From contig NW_004797845.1 of NCBI RefSeq assembly GCF_000002075.1, forward strand, positions 423,351-487,350: a stretch of DNA of 64,000 bases, read 5' to 3'. Below are positions 37,701 through 50,600 of this stretch, piece by piece. The first letter of the stretch is position 1. Each line of letters starts with the position of its first letter. The notes beneath the pieces are model-generated. The model saw only the letters and a list, made by a program, of their open reading frames with translations, had not been told where the DNA came from and searched no databases. The stretch comes from Aplysia californica. Taxonomy: Eukaryota. The position numbers were made by a program, and so were the translations under genes.

Positions 37701-40700
37701 TAGTTTTTATGTCGGAAATATGCCCGCACACTTATGAATGTAAAGAAATCAGAGAGGGCTCTCGTGGCCTAGAGGTTAAGGTGTTGGCCTCTAATTCAAA
37801 GGTCCTGGGTTCGATTCCGGGTAGCGACCAAAAAATTTTCTTCTCTAAAATTGTCTCCTTTCACCTCCTTTCCTGCTCTCTAACAATGTTCTGTTGTCTG
37901 CTTTCATTTCCACTTTCTGCCCCCACCCCCTCACCTCCTTTGCCCCTCCTCTGGGCTCCTGACTCTTTCTGCAGCCTTTCTACTGCTAATCCTTGGCTCC
38001 TCCTTACTGCTGTCTTTCTGCCACACCCCTGATCTTCTGGTAGGAAAGATCTACATTTAGCCTTCTCGGACAAGGGCGAAAAATCTCGGAGGGCCCGCGT
38101 GCAAGTTGCGCAGGTTAAAGATCCCTTGGTGGTCTAAAATCAATAAGAGTAGGCTTCGGCCGCCACCCGGGCAAAATTCAAAATTTCCTACCAACTGAAA
38201 ATATTAGGTGTGTCCCGCGCGCTCATATGACCTTATGCAGTTGCGAGCGCCGTAAAACACTTTACAAAAACAAAAAAACAAAAGAAATCAGAACATTGTC
38301 AGTTATTGCAAATGGTCATAGAAACGAAAATATAAGCTGGAAAAGTCAGGTGCTGATTCAGTGTCACCAGAAAGCTTGATATTATTCTTATAACCCAATT
38401 ACAAGAGGTCATCCCTGTTATTCAGTCAACTTACAAAACCTAGACTTAGTGCTTTAAGAAAAGTACGGAATTTCAGGAGTGTAACAGATACTGTTTGTGT
38501 ATTGCATTGTAGAAGTTTTCTTGCACTAAAATCGATTTGTACTTTTTCATAGAGAGACTACAGGGTAATTTTTTCAAACGTTTGAGAAAATATGCGAATA
38601 TTCACGATTATATTAGACACATAAAGTTGTATTTGGAGGAATTACTTTATAGCGAATTGTGTGCCAGATGGATAAAGTTTCACAATTACTGCTTTCTATT
38701 ATATATGCGCAGATACCATCTTTTCTGAGTAACTGCTCCAATGTTATGTCATTCATGTTCCAAAAGCTCGACAGTTTTTGTTGTGTCGTTTATTTTTTAT
38801 AAATATTTTTTCATTCACACTTGTCAAAAAAATGTTACAATTTAGCGTTGCCGACTACAGCGCGTCTAATGAAATAACCAGACAGATTACAATGTCCGTT
38901 CTTTTTTTAGTCTCAAGTGCTGAACTGCTTGCTTTGTGTGCATTAAATGATCATTATCATAAATACAAGGATACACCTAAAAGTACCAAAAATCAAGTCA
39001 GCCCAGACAGAGCGGTGACAGGGAGTTGACCCCCGTGACCCCGACGTGATAAGGCACTTGGCCGGGAACCCCCCGCTGCAACTAAAATTCCACTGCCAGT
39101 GTGCCGTGTATCAAACATCTGTCGTCCTTATTTCCCGTCCTTATCTCCCGTCCTTTCATTTTGTGTTTGTTACTCTCTAGGAACTTATATGACGATATTG
39201 TATTGCAAGTGCCGTAAAACACTTACTAAAACTAACTGACATTGTCCTGTGTTGTCGTACTTTATTAGGGCATAGATTGATGACCGCTCTGACAATTGTC
39301 CTGAGTGCTTAACGGGTGCTCTAGTGTGGTTTGCTCCTTCTTTTCTATTAAATATCTGTCATCATTGATCCTCCTCCTTTTATGTGTTTGTTACTCTCTT
39401 GTAACACCTCTAATCTTCGTACCCCGCGGGGCAGTGCCACTGACTGAAGTGTCTTTAGGCCATTCCCAAAGGGGGGACATTTCTCATTCAAGCATAGTAG
39501 AATTGTAAATGGACTGACTCATGTCACGCTCATAACTGTGCCTGATCTACAACAGGGAACTGCTGCTTTTTCTTTCCTGATCCTTACTATTGTCATTATC
39601 CTCTACTTCTTTTGTATGTTTGTCACTCTCTTGTGACCTGCTATTTTGGGGTGCCTTGATAGTCGAAGCAGACCTTGTGCTGTTGAAGCTAGAGAGGTGA
39701 GCAGTCTTAGTCTGATTCCCTGAAAAGACTTCTCTGTTGACACCCACCCCTTGGCACTCATATGACCATATGCAGTTTCGAGCGCCGTAAAACCCTCTAC
39801 TATAATTTTTTTTAAACTAATCTTCGGCACTTATATGACCTAATTGCACAGCATGTACCTTAAAATGCTTACTGAAACTAAACTGACAATTGTCTCGTGA
39901 TGCTGTACCTTAGGGCATGGATGCGGTTAAGCGGCAGACTGGCCAGCACTTGGAGTTTGACCCTGAGTGGGAGGGCGCCTTCACCATACAGATCAAACTG
40001 GAGGACTTGCTGGTGCTGTTTTGCGAATGGTGTGCAGCTGATGTGAGTACAAGTCATACAGTGTAGAGTTTTAGTTGTATAATACGGAAAGAAAAAGAAA
40101 AAGTAAACGGAGGCATGGGTATTTTGGAAATTTTATGGTAATATTAGAAGAATGTTTTGACATTTTGCCCCATTTGGGCTTAAGAATAAAAAAACCCAAA
40201 ACATCAGCAACACTAAGTGTAGAGTTATTGATGTTTGGGTTTGTAGTATGTGTTCGATCTGATGTGGTTTACTTTTCCTGCCTCTTTTATCTGCTACCAT
40301 TGCTTAACCTGTAAATTACAACAAAACTTTACTAAGGTATGTCAGAACTGTTTGACTTAGTAGTGACAATGGTACAAATGTTCCGTTGCTATATTGAATG
40401 GGCATATAATTTTTTAAGCCAATCTGAGGTCGGTGGGTAGTTGGCGGGTGCTCTGGTGTGGTTTGCTCCTTCTTTCCTATCAAACGTCTATCGTATTTAT
40501 CTCCCCTCCTTCTTTTTTGTGTTTGTTACTCTCTTGTATGACCTCTAGTCTTTGGCACTTATATGACCTTATTGTGTTGCAAGTGCCGTAAAACTCTTAC
40601 TAAAACTTTTTAAAAACCCATCTGAGGTAAAGTGGAGATTCCCTGCTTTGTTTAACCTAGTAAAGGGATTTGTGGGACCTGTAGATATAACAAATATTGA

Positions 40701-43700
40701 TAAAACTACCATCATACAAAAACAACGCCATAGTTTTGCGTTATGAAAACATCTTTTGCCTCTTGTTTATGGATTGAACAAAGTAGTGTTCAGTGCGGTC
40801 CCATTTCTCTTTTTCAGCGTTACTTGTTGGTGGAAGGTTACAAGGCCGTGATGGAAGTTTTGGCAGGCTGCAGGGAGACATGCACATATAAAAATGCCAC
40901 AGGTATAAATGTATAATGATGATGATAGCATTTTGTTTTGCCATATGAATCACGACATGATTGAATCAGGCACTTATCACTTTTTTGACATATGGAGTTA
41001 TTGGTATAATCTTAAAGGCTGTTCATTTGTCTTGCTTATAATGAAAAAAATACCCATTTGTCTTGAATAGAAGTTGAGATATTTGCTATTAAAGGAGGTG
41101 GGCGTTACCAGGTGTCAGAGGTAAAATTAGCCAGAAAATAATGCTGTTGTTGTTGAAGAACGTGAGGTTAGATGTGTGTTTGGACCTGTGAATGTGAGAA
41201 AGGCGTGTGGTCCAGACGGTGTGCAACCCAAAATTCTGAAAATGTGTTCAGCACAACTTAGTTTTATTTACACCTATATTATCAACCAGTCGTTGTTGAC
41301 ACATGCTATTCCCACTATTTGGAAATGTTCTGAAATCGTCCCCCTTCCAAAGAAAGAAAAAATTACTGAAATGAATGACCTCAGGCCAATAGCCTTAACA
41401 TCGGTAGTTATAAAATGTCTAGAAAAAAATTGGGCTAAAAAGACTACGAATGTACATAGAACCCATCCAGGATCCTCTACAATTTGCATATCGTCACCGG
41501 AGAAGTGTGGAAGACGCCATTTTACTATTTCATGACAACATATATAGACACTTAGACAAGCCAAAAACATACTGTAGGCTCCTGTTTGTTGATTTTTCGT
41601 CAGCCTTTAATACTTTCCAGCCAGCTATCCTTTTCAAGAAATTAGAAAACATTGGTGTTAACGTCAATTTAATATCATGGATAGGCAATTTTCTTACCAA
41701 CCGAACCCAGTATGTAAAATTAAAACATTCTTCATCGACATACATCACATCAAATACAGGGGCCCCTCAAGGATGTGTTTTGTCACCAGTTTTATTCACA
41801 CTATACACGAATGATTGCCAAATAAACAACAGTAACATCAAGTTCATAAAATTTGCAGATGATTCAACCATAATTGGGCTAATTCAGGCTGACCATAACG
41901 AAAGCGCTTACTGGAATTTTGTACTTAACTTTTTCAAATGGTGGGAAAATCATAAGCTGCTTTTTAATGTGAAAAAAACCAAAAGAACTTGTTGATTTTA
42001 GAATAAAGAAACTGCCCCTGCAGCCACTCGAAATTAAATGTGAAAACATCGAGCAAATGTCAGACTATAAGTATTTGGGTGTTACAATAGACAACAAACT
42101 CAACTGGCATGTCCACACTTCTCTTCTGCATAAAAAAAGTGAACAAGAGACTATTTTTTCTAAGGAAACTAAAGTATTTTAAAGTTGATAAAACATTGAT
42201 GTTCATGTTCTACCATTCAACCATAAAAAGTATGATCAATTTTTGTATAACAGCATGGGCCGGTAACACAAGACAACAAGATAAAGAAAAATTAAATCGA
42301 CTAATACGGAAAGCATGTAAAATTTCAACATCTACATTCCCCTACTTGGATGAATTGTACATAACAGCTTGCACTAAAAAAATTAATTCCATCTTTTTAG
42401 ACAGCAATCATCCCTTGTTCCCTCAAATAAAAACATCAGTCAGAAGTAAAAGACCTAGGCTTCTGATCCGTAACAAAGAAAGATACAGTTATCTATCAAA
42501 ATGCTTCCATCTTAACCATCTTGTATAAGTATACTTACGACCTTAGGGCATTCATCAAAATAACATTGAGTATGTATCTAGCTTACGATTATTATTTTTT
42601 ATATTTCTGCTCATTTATATTATGCATGTGATTGTAAGCCTATGTGTGTGTGCATGTGTGCACGCGCGCGCGCGTGTGTGTGTGTGTGTGTGCACGTGGT
42701 GAAACACCAAACCAATGTGCCAGGATCTGGACCATAAAGATGTATCTTATCTTATCTTATCTTAAAATGGCTGCCAAGGTTTGGTTCATTGCAAAGCTTG
42801 AGTGCCCTTGGAAGCAGCAAATGTACCCTTTTTTTGTGTGCCTTTCATCAATATTTTTGTTCTGCAAAATTCACACAGATGTGCTGAGGCAAAAAATAGA
42901 AAGTTCGATAAAAATTGCTGAGTGAGTGGAGAAAATACCGGTTTCTTTGATTTCATTATTTTAAAGAGTGCCTGATTTCACCATGATGCAACACATATAT
43001 GTGAGTTGTATGTATTTTTAGCCTTGCTGGAGTCGCACCAAATTCTATATTACCTTCTTGTCTATTATTCTTTTCAAAGGATAAAGATAAATTAATGGTA
43101 GAGTTTATTTAATGTAGCTTGTAGGTCTACATGAATGGGATCACTTTGTGAGAAGCACCACACTGTTGGTCCAAGTGAGCCTTTCCTAAAATGGGAGTAT
43201 CACTGATGGTTTAGATCAGTTTTCAAGCTTGGCCCAAGACAGTTGGAAATTTTCCAACTTGTATTTGCAGAAACTTTGCCAAACTTGCAATAGTCCCAAT
43301 TTAACAAGTAACTTCCAATGAAGGTCCCATTCTTTTTTTTTTGCTACGAAAATACTTTGCATCTCTTTTGGTAGACAAAGTTGACCCACTTTGCTCTGTA
43401 TATAAACTTTAGTCAGTATGTTAGTATCATGGTCAGTCTTTGCAATCCGAAAAACACAGCTTATCTTCCAGCTAGGGTTAACACTTTGAACCCATGAGGC
43501 CAGTGATTTTTGCTGTTTTGAGTACCCGTTGAAAAAACTTTGAAAATGTTGAATTGACAATTATGATTTCACTATGTTCTTTTTTTGTTTTCAGTGGGGA
43601 ATCACACTGGGGAGGTGATCGACTTTGATGTGTCCACGGACCCAGTTTCTATACACTACCCTCTGAATAGGTTTCTGGCCGGTGAGGACATAAGACTGAA

Positions 43701-44630
43701 TTGAATTCATTAACTCAAGCATTAACATGACATTTGACTCTGTCTTTTTAAGATTAAAAAAAATTAATTTTTCTGCCTTTTTTTTTTTGGTGCTAATAAT
43801 AAGATTACATTGTTGTTTTGAAATACTTTTTTCCTTCTTCTTTCTTGAAAAACTTACTTGTTGAAAGTATCATCGCTCAGATTTGATTTTCCTCTGTATA
43901 CTGGTTTGATACTGTTAAAGCACTTGATGGGTTCAGACTATATCTAAAGTAAATTGGAACTTGTTCGTCTTTTTCATTTAACTTTTGCAGTATTATTTCC
44001 CCTCCACCTATTAAACATGTATCACACTGAAAAACATTTATGAAACTTTTTTGTTAATTTCATTTACTCAGTCATAGTTGTACCTTTTATAGTGGAATAA
44101 CACACACACAGTTACATGGTTATATCATGTACTTTTTATAGCAATTTATAATTTGATGAATTGTGTATATTATCCTCTTTCTTTTTTTTTCTTTAACCTC
44201 TTGCCTTTGAAATGGTCTAGATGTTTCTAGTAGGGTGTTACAGTGGCACAAATGTAAAATGAAACAGATATTTAACAATATTGTTAAACTACTTTATTGA
44301 CGAAATTTTTATTCCAGCTCTGCATGTTCATTTGGAGACCCATGGACTGACTTTTTCTTCTCCGGAACTGCAAAATCCTGTGAGTTGACATGGAACTTGT
44401 CTTTCTTTCCTGAACTTTTTTTGGATCTGATTGTATGTTCATTTAAAGTACATTTTACCAGGAATTTTTAATTTGTTACCTCTTTCCTCCGGAAAAAATA
44501 GTTTGTTTCAATGGAAAAGACATAGTCAAATTGTGTCTTTATACAGTCATACTTCTTCGAGGAAACCACTTATTGACGAGGAGAAAAGTGGTCTTCTTAG
44601 ACAGGTGGTTCATTGTCCTCTTGGACAGTC

Positions 44631-44666
<36 letters not shown>

Positions 44667-47600
44667 TATACATTCGAACCTGTGTAAGATGGAATTGCAA
44701 GGGAGCGGTAAAAAAATTCCGTCTTAGACATTTTCCGTCTTAGACAGGGAAATTTAGGGGGGGGATTTCAAAGGCTCAGCCGGTGGGATCAAGGATCGCT
44801 TGTCCGATCGGCAAGCACTGGGTCAAAACTTCACACCTCTCAGCTGCTATCCTGTCTGATAATGACATGTGTCAGTCTTACGTATCCAATTACCACCAGT
44901 GCTTGCCTTTCATAAGACCACTGTTTGACCTATTAAAAACAGAAATGTTTGAACATCTCCTTTGCTTCCACCCTTAGTCCCTAACTCTTTTCTCGGCAGG
45001 CCGTACGATCAGGGCGGCAGGCATTGGTCAATCTAATTTCTCACCTCTGGCTTCTGGCTACCCAGGAAAGTTTCCGTAGTGGCTCGCTACTCGAGCACTC
45101 TCACGGGCAGTGGGGAGATTTCACACACACACTACACTGACTATCTGCTACCCCCGAATTGCACCCGTACTCCCCTTCCTCGCCCAGTGGCATGGCCATG
45201 GTGTTAAGTGTAGAGCCAGCCCAACCAAACTTGCGAGTTTTGTTTCAAATCAGGGCTGAGTGGGCAAAGCATTTTCCGTCTTAGACAGGTGAAACTCTCG
45301 GAAGGGAGCGGATTTTTCTTTTCGTTTCCGCGTTGGACAGGTTTCCGTTTTATACAGGTAATTAAAAGAGGAATATATCAAGGGGGGAGCAGGGAGATTC
45401 CGTTAAGACAGGTTTCCGTTTTACACAGGTTTCCGTTAAGGCAGGTTTGACTGTATATATATATATATATATAAAATGCAAGGGGGTGGAAGAGTGGGAA
45501 TTGTATGTTTGTTCAGATGATTGTCTTGGATAGGTGGTCGATAGAGCAGGCTGTATATGTACATCTATCTGGAGGGATGTGGAAGAGGGAGCTAATTTTT
45601 CTGAGAGTTATTTATTTTTTTCCAATGCTGTTACGGAAAAACCCTGTTTCTGTAATTCTCCTCATTTCTCATTGTCTGAGCTTGTTGTTGTTTTTAGTTG
45701 ATCAAGTCTTTCAGAAAAGTCCAATATTGTTTATGTTTGCAATATTCTTTACAGACAGAGACCAAGTGTGTGTTTAAAAGTATATCAACACTGTAGGCAT
45801 ATTGCATCAAGTGTAGAAATAAAAATGGTACGGACTTGAGACTGGCAAAGAATTATTTTCAGTACTTTTTTCTGTGTTAGGCAAAATGCAAAAGCCTGAA
45901 CAAACTTTCTTTTATAAAATTTTGCAGACTTTAGCAGAGATGGCAGCTAGCGTGGACGTTCCCACCACTGGCCCGCTGGATGTGAGGGAGTTGATGGAAC
46001 CAGCGCTGCGTATACAGGTGCTTCTAGCTCAGTGCCAGGCGGGCATGTGGCGCCGGAATGGTTACAGCCTGCAAAATCAAGTGAGGAACAGAAACTGTCA
46101 TCTTTGTTATTTTGATTTCATGTGCTTTGGTTTTTAAATGTTCTTTTGTAATTCGAGCATTTTATTTTTTGGTGATTTTGACTGGTATTTTTTTCTTTGT
46201 ATAATTTGAATTATTGTGATCCTGTTATTTGAACTTCATAAAAGTATACTTATCAATGCGGCTGTTTCGTGCAGGGTTATTATGGACAAGAATAAGTGCC
46301 ATTCCTCAAGTATTCAGTTATTCTCTCTAAAGTTGTGACTAAATTTGATGTGAAAATGTGTAGTGTGACGTATTTTCTCTCATTTTTACCAAATTTTCAA
46401 CTTAGGAATTTTTGTTTATATTTTCTCAGGTGTTCTTCTACTCCAATCTCCGATGTCGACAAGAGATGTATGACAGGGATATAATCATGCTACAGGTACA
46501 ACTTGTTGTGTATTCAAGGAGCAAAAATGTACGCAGCGAGTGCAAACTTATTCACTTGTTCGTTCTAGTTGTCAGGTCTGCTGATGTCCTGAGGCTACTG
46601 TATGACAGTATTTGGCTGAGCCCGTGTGTGTCAGTGCCAGTCCCTGGGTAGAGTTTACAGTTGTAACTTTACTTACTTTTACTTTACTTTTCCTATCTAG
46701 CAGCCTTCTGAGTTATAGCCTTTCGGCCTGTGCAGTCCTAACAAACTCGTTATGTGCCAATGGCTTCTGGTAGATGAGTGTTTATAGTGAGGTATGAGTA
46801 TCATCCCGGGGTGGTCTAATACTTTTAAAAAAATGATTTTGTGCCATTATAAAGGAGATCAGCTATTTAGCCCCGGTTGGCTACTTTTCTAGGAGGGAAA
46901 GTCTGAGAGGTACATGTATAGAGCATGACTTGATGTCAATTTTCATCTGTTAGTAACACTTCTTAAAGCAAAAAATCCCAAAAATCATGTGGAGATAATA
47001 GCTCATTCACTATGTCAATTTGTAATTTTCAACACTCGTGGACATATATTCTTCTGCCAACATGTACCTGTATAGTACATACGTTTTACTTTTCTCAACT
47101 GATTTACATATTTGTTTATCAAAGTATAACATATTATATATCAGTTAAAAGAAAATTGAATGGGAATTCTTTAAAAAATAATAATTTTTTTTTACCAAAA
47201 CATGAAAGTCAGAATGGGAATATTTTGAGTATATATTGAGGTATAATGTTGAGCTGGTAGTGATGAGGAAGATGTTGACCCGATAAGTCGGCTTGTTGTG
47301 TTGAAGGAGTAAACCCTGTCTGACTACTCAAGGCTCATCAGGAATACACAGATGCTCAGCTGTGCCGAATTCCCAGATTACCGGTAATTTGGAAGCTGTC
47401 TTGAGAAAAAAAATCATGCCCTGACTTTTTAAAAAAGTAAGCCTATAACCTCTTGACTCGAAATATAAACATGCAGATGTTTGAATTATTTCCAATTCCG
47501 TTACTTTTCATCCAGATTGCAGCATCTCTTCTGCCGGGTGACGACTTTCTGCTGCAGCTGCTCAACAAGTACAACCTTCTCAACTGGGTCAGGTTAGTGT

Positions 47601-50600
47601 GCCACATTTGCTGTCCCATTTGTTTGAACTTGTTCATTGTTTCCTCGGCCTCAGTTCCCCAGTGTTGGTACAGGAGGTCGTGAACTTTTTCTCATGCAGC
47701 TGTTTTAGGCTGGTGTTAATCCGAGTGGGTGCGAAATGATTCATCTCATCATGTTTACTCCGTCTCGTAAGAACTGGTGTTCATGTTTTGGGAACATGAG
47801 AACGTTTATCAGGATTGTCTACTCATTCTCACATTAACAGCAAAGACCGCTTTCAAAAAGGCTGAGACAAGCTGCATTTTGTTTCCATCTTGTATTTTGG
47901 ACCAGGGAGTTTGCACTTGGTATAAAGTAGGGACAAAGAAGGGATGTGACCGTCTGGTGTAGCTTTCTCCTTTTCGTTTTTTGTGCTTGTCCTAGGGGAG
48001 ATGAAGCGGGTCTTCTCATGCTTGCTTATCGTTTGCTTAGCTCGGTGTGTCTTTTCTCTGATTCTTAGTCTGTATAAACTCTTTCCCAAACATTTAAATA
48101 TAACACTATACTGAGCTGCGACCCGTTCAATACATTGTCCCTTAGTTATTTAGGGAAAAATTTCAAACTACACCATCTCCACAAAGGAGTAGTTCCCTTG
48201 CCCCCCTTATTTAACTGTTTCAGTGCCATTTTCAACAGTCACCGAAATAAGGGTTCGGTCCAACTAAGGCAACCAATATGCATTTTGATTAACAACTCAT
48301 GTGGCTTTCAAAACTTTCAGCTAATAGACCATCTATTATAAATTTTCACTTGACATCTCAAGCAGAAAACAATTCCTTGCAGATAAAAAATTTTGAGAAG
48401 CCTTTTTGCGTGGAAGGGTAAAATTGCTATTTTTTCCCATTCAGGGCTTGGCACTTACAGGGTATGCTAGGATTTAGGGGCTGGCACTGAAAGGGTTAAG
48501 TTACTAACCTGCAGGTTTTTGTGCAACCTGCTGATATGATTAACTCATCCATACTGTGTAGTGATAACTGTTTCACTGCATGGCGAGCTCCAGAGCTGGC
48601 CATGCAGGGTTACCTCCTGATTCCCCCCGTTGTTTGACCAAGCTGTCCTTGCCTGATCAAAGTCCTGATTATTTTGCCCCTGAACCGGAACCTGACCCAA
48701 ACAGGATTGAGTATGACATCCCTGGAGGCCAGGAGGACTCTGTACGACAGACCGTCACCTTGGCTGAGGAGTTTCTTACGCTTCTCATCATTATCTTGGG
48801 TGAGTGAAAAATTTCTAGTCATCGTCTTGGGTGGGAGAAACTAATGACCCCACTTCAACAATTCCTTATCCTGTTCATTTGTTTTTTTAAAGAAATTCTA
48901 GATTTTTTTTTTGTTGAAAAAATCTTTTTAATTCTGTTTATTATCCACTTTAAATTATTTTATTTTTTTTGGTTGTCTTTTTGTTTCAAGGTATGTTTCT
49001 GGCAAGTGTGCTTTTCGTGGTCCAATTTTTAAAACTTTTTTCCTTTTTTATAGTGTGAGCATTTTCCTCAGTAAATTAAGAAAATACTGTTCTCACCACA
49101 ATGCAAAGAATAGAAGCACAAATGAAATGGGCAAATTTTTCTATCATGAAGCTCAAAAAAAAATTGCTGGAAAAGAAAAAGTAATTCTCATTTGATTGTT
49201 GATAATTTATCATTTGATAGTAAGATTGCCTTTGTAATTCTCAGAGGAACGTTACATCCCGGGTGTGGGGCAAGTGGAGAAGAAAGACACGATCAAGCGA
49301 GAAGTGATCCATCTGCTCTGTATCTCACAACAGGCTCACAGTCGCCTGAGCAAATCCTTAAATGAAGACGTAAGTCCACATATGAATATATTGATGACTT
49401 TCTTTTGTCGAGTCTCCTATTCAGAATTTAGTCAATAAATAAGAGATTTAGAGATAATTTTGAGATTCCATACCTTTCCAGAATGAAAACTGGAAAGAAA
49501 ACTGATCATTTGCTGTAAATCTGATTTTGAGCATTGTAATTTGGGATGAACTGGTCTGGTCTGGGTTTATTTTTAAAAAATGTTTTATTTTGTTGGAAGA
49601 CATGGGTGTTTAGCAGTGTTATTTTTAAAACAATTTTGTGAGAATCAGTCTGCATCCCAAGGACAGTGTCATTTTTCTGTTTAGAAATGGAATTTTATAT
49701 CATGTGTTCAATCGGTTGGATGTTCAGTCTTTGTATTCCCTTTTGCCCATAAATAAAGCACTCATTCACAGATTGTTGTCCTTTTTCACAGATTAATCAT
49801 GAGACAGGCCTTGACTCGGTGGTGAACGAAATTGCTAATTTCAAGTAAGTTCAGACTTTAATATTTCTTTTTTCTGCTTTAGTGCACTTCTCTATTTTCC
49901 CATCAGACGTACACTTACACACTTTAAAAATGGTATGCTGGTTCTCCCTGATTGCTGGGTCTTCATTGATTGATATCCTTGTCTGAAGAGTTCTCTGATA
50001 ATCTTTTCCTTTGTTTTGTCCCAACAGAAAACCACAAAGTGGGGGAAATGGCAAATTTGAGCTGAAGCCTGAATACTACAAAGAGTATTCACCATATTTC
50101 TACCACTACTACAAGGCGGAGCAGTCAAAGGTATTTTCTCAAAGAACTGAATAGCGTGCCGACTGTGCCTCAAGTTTTAAAGGAACTACTACCTTTAAAT
50201 TCAACCTAAAAGATTCTTTTGTTCTCAAAAAGATTGCATCTTCTTGAAAACACTCTAGTAGTATGTTTAAGTGTGTTTGTATTATTTTTTATAGTGTCTT
50301 TAACATGTCTAATAATAATAATAATAATTTTAACAATTGCATTTATATAGTGGATATCCAAGCTCTACAACATGCTCTATGCACTTAACAACCATTATTA
50401 CCACAGCAGAATGTAGAACATTCAGAAACATTCTCAGCTTCCTGTGAAGCATATGATGCAAGCTGTGAACTTCACTTGCTCAAACGCTAACAAACTGACA
50501 AGATCTTTCAATAGCCAGGAACCTGGGTGAAATGAGGAAAATTCGTGTAATGTACCTTTCCCAAGGACATAGCGTAGCGCCCCTTCTGGGATTTGAACCT

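Larger units (their letters stand above)
36973..39235 (+). mobile_element. Family B retroposon split by a 2.1-kb DNA element
   Basis: 12-bp TSD CTGACATTGTCC (36961-36972; 39236-39247); halves join at cctTATCaaac. Confidence 0.82.

Noticed and set aside
37754-37830. tRNA-like sequence (also at 61362-61440, 50570-50652, ~60170 and ~52590)
   Set aside because: These are SINE heads: no proper acceptor stem, and they are fused to repeated bodies, with a TSD where the copy is intact
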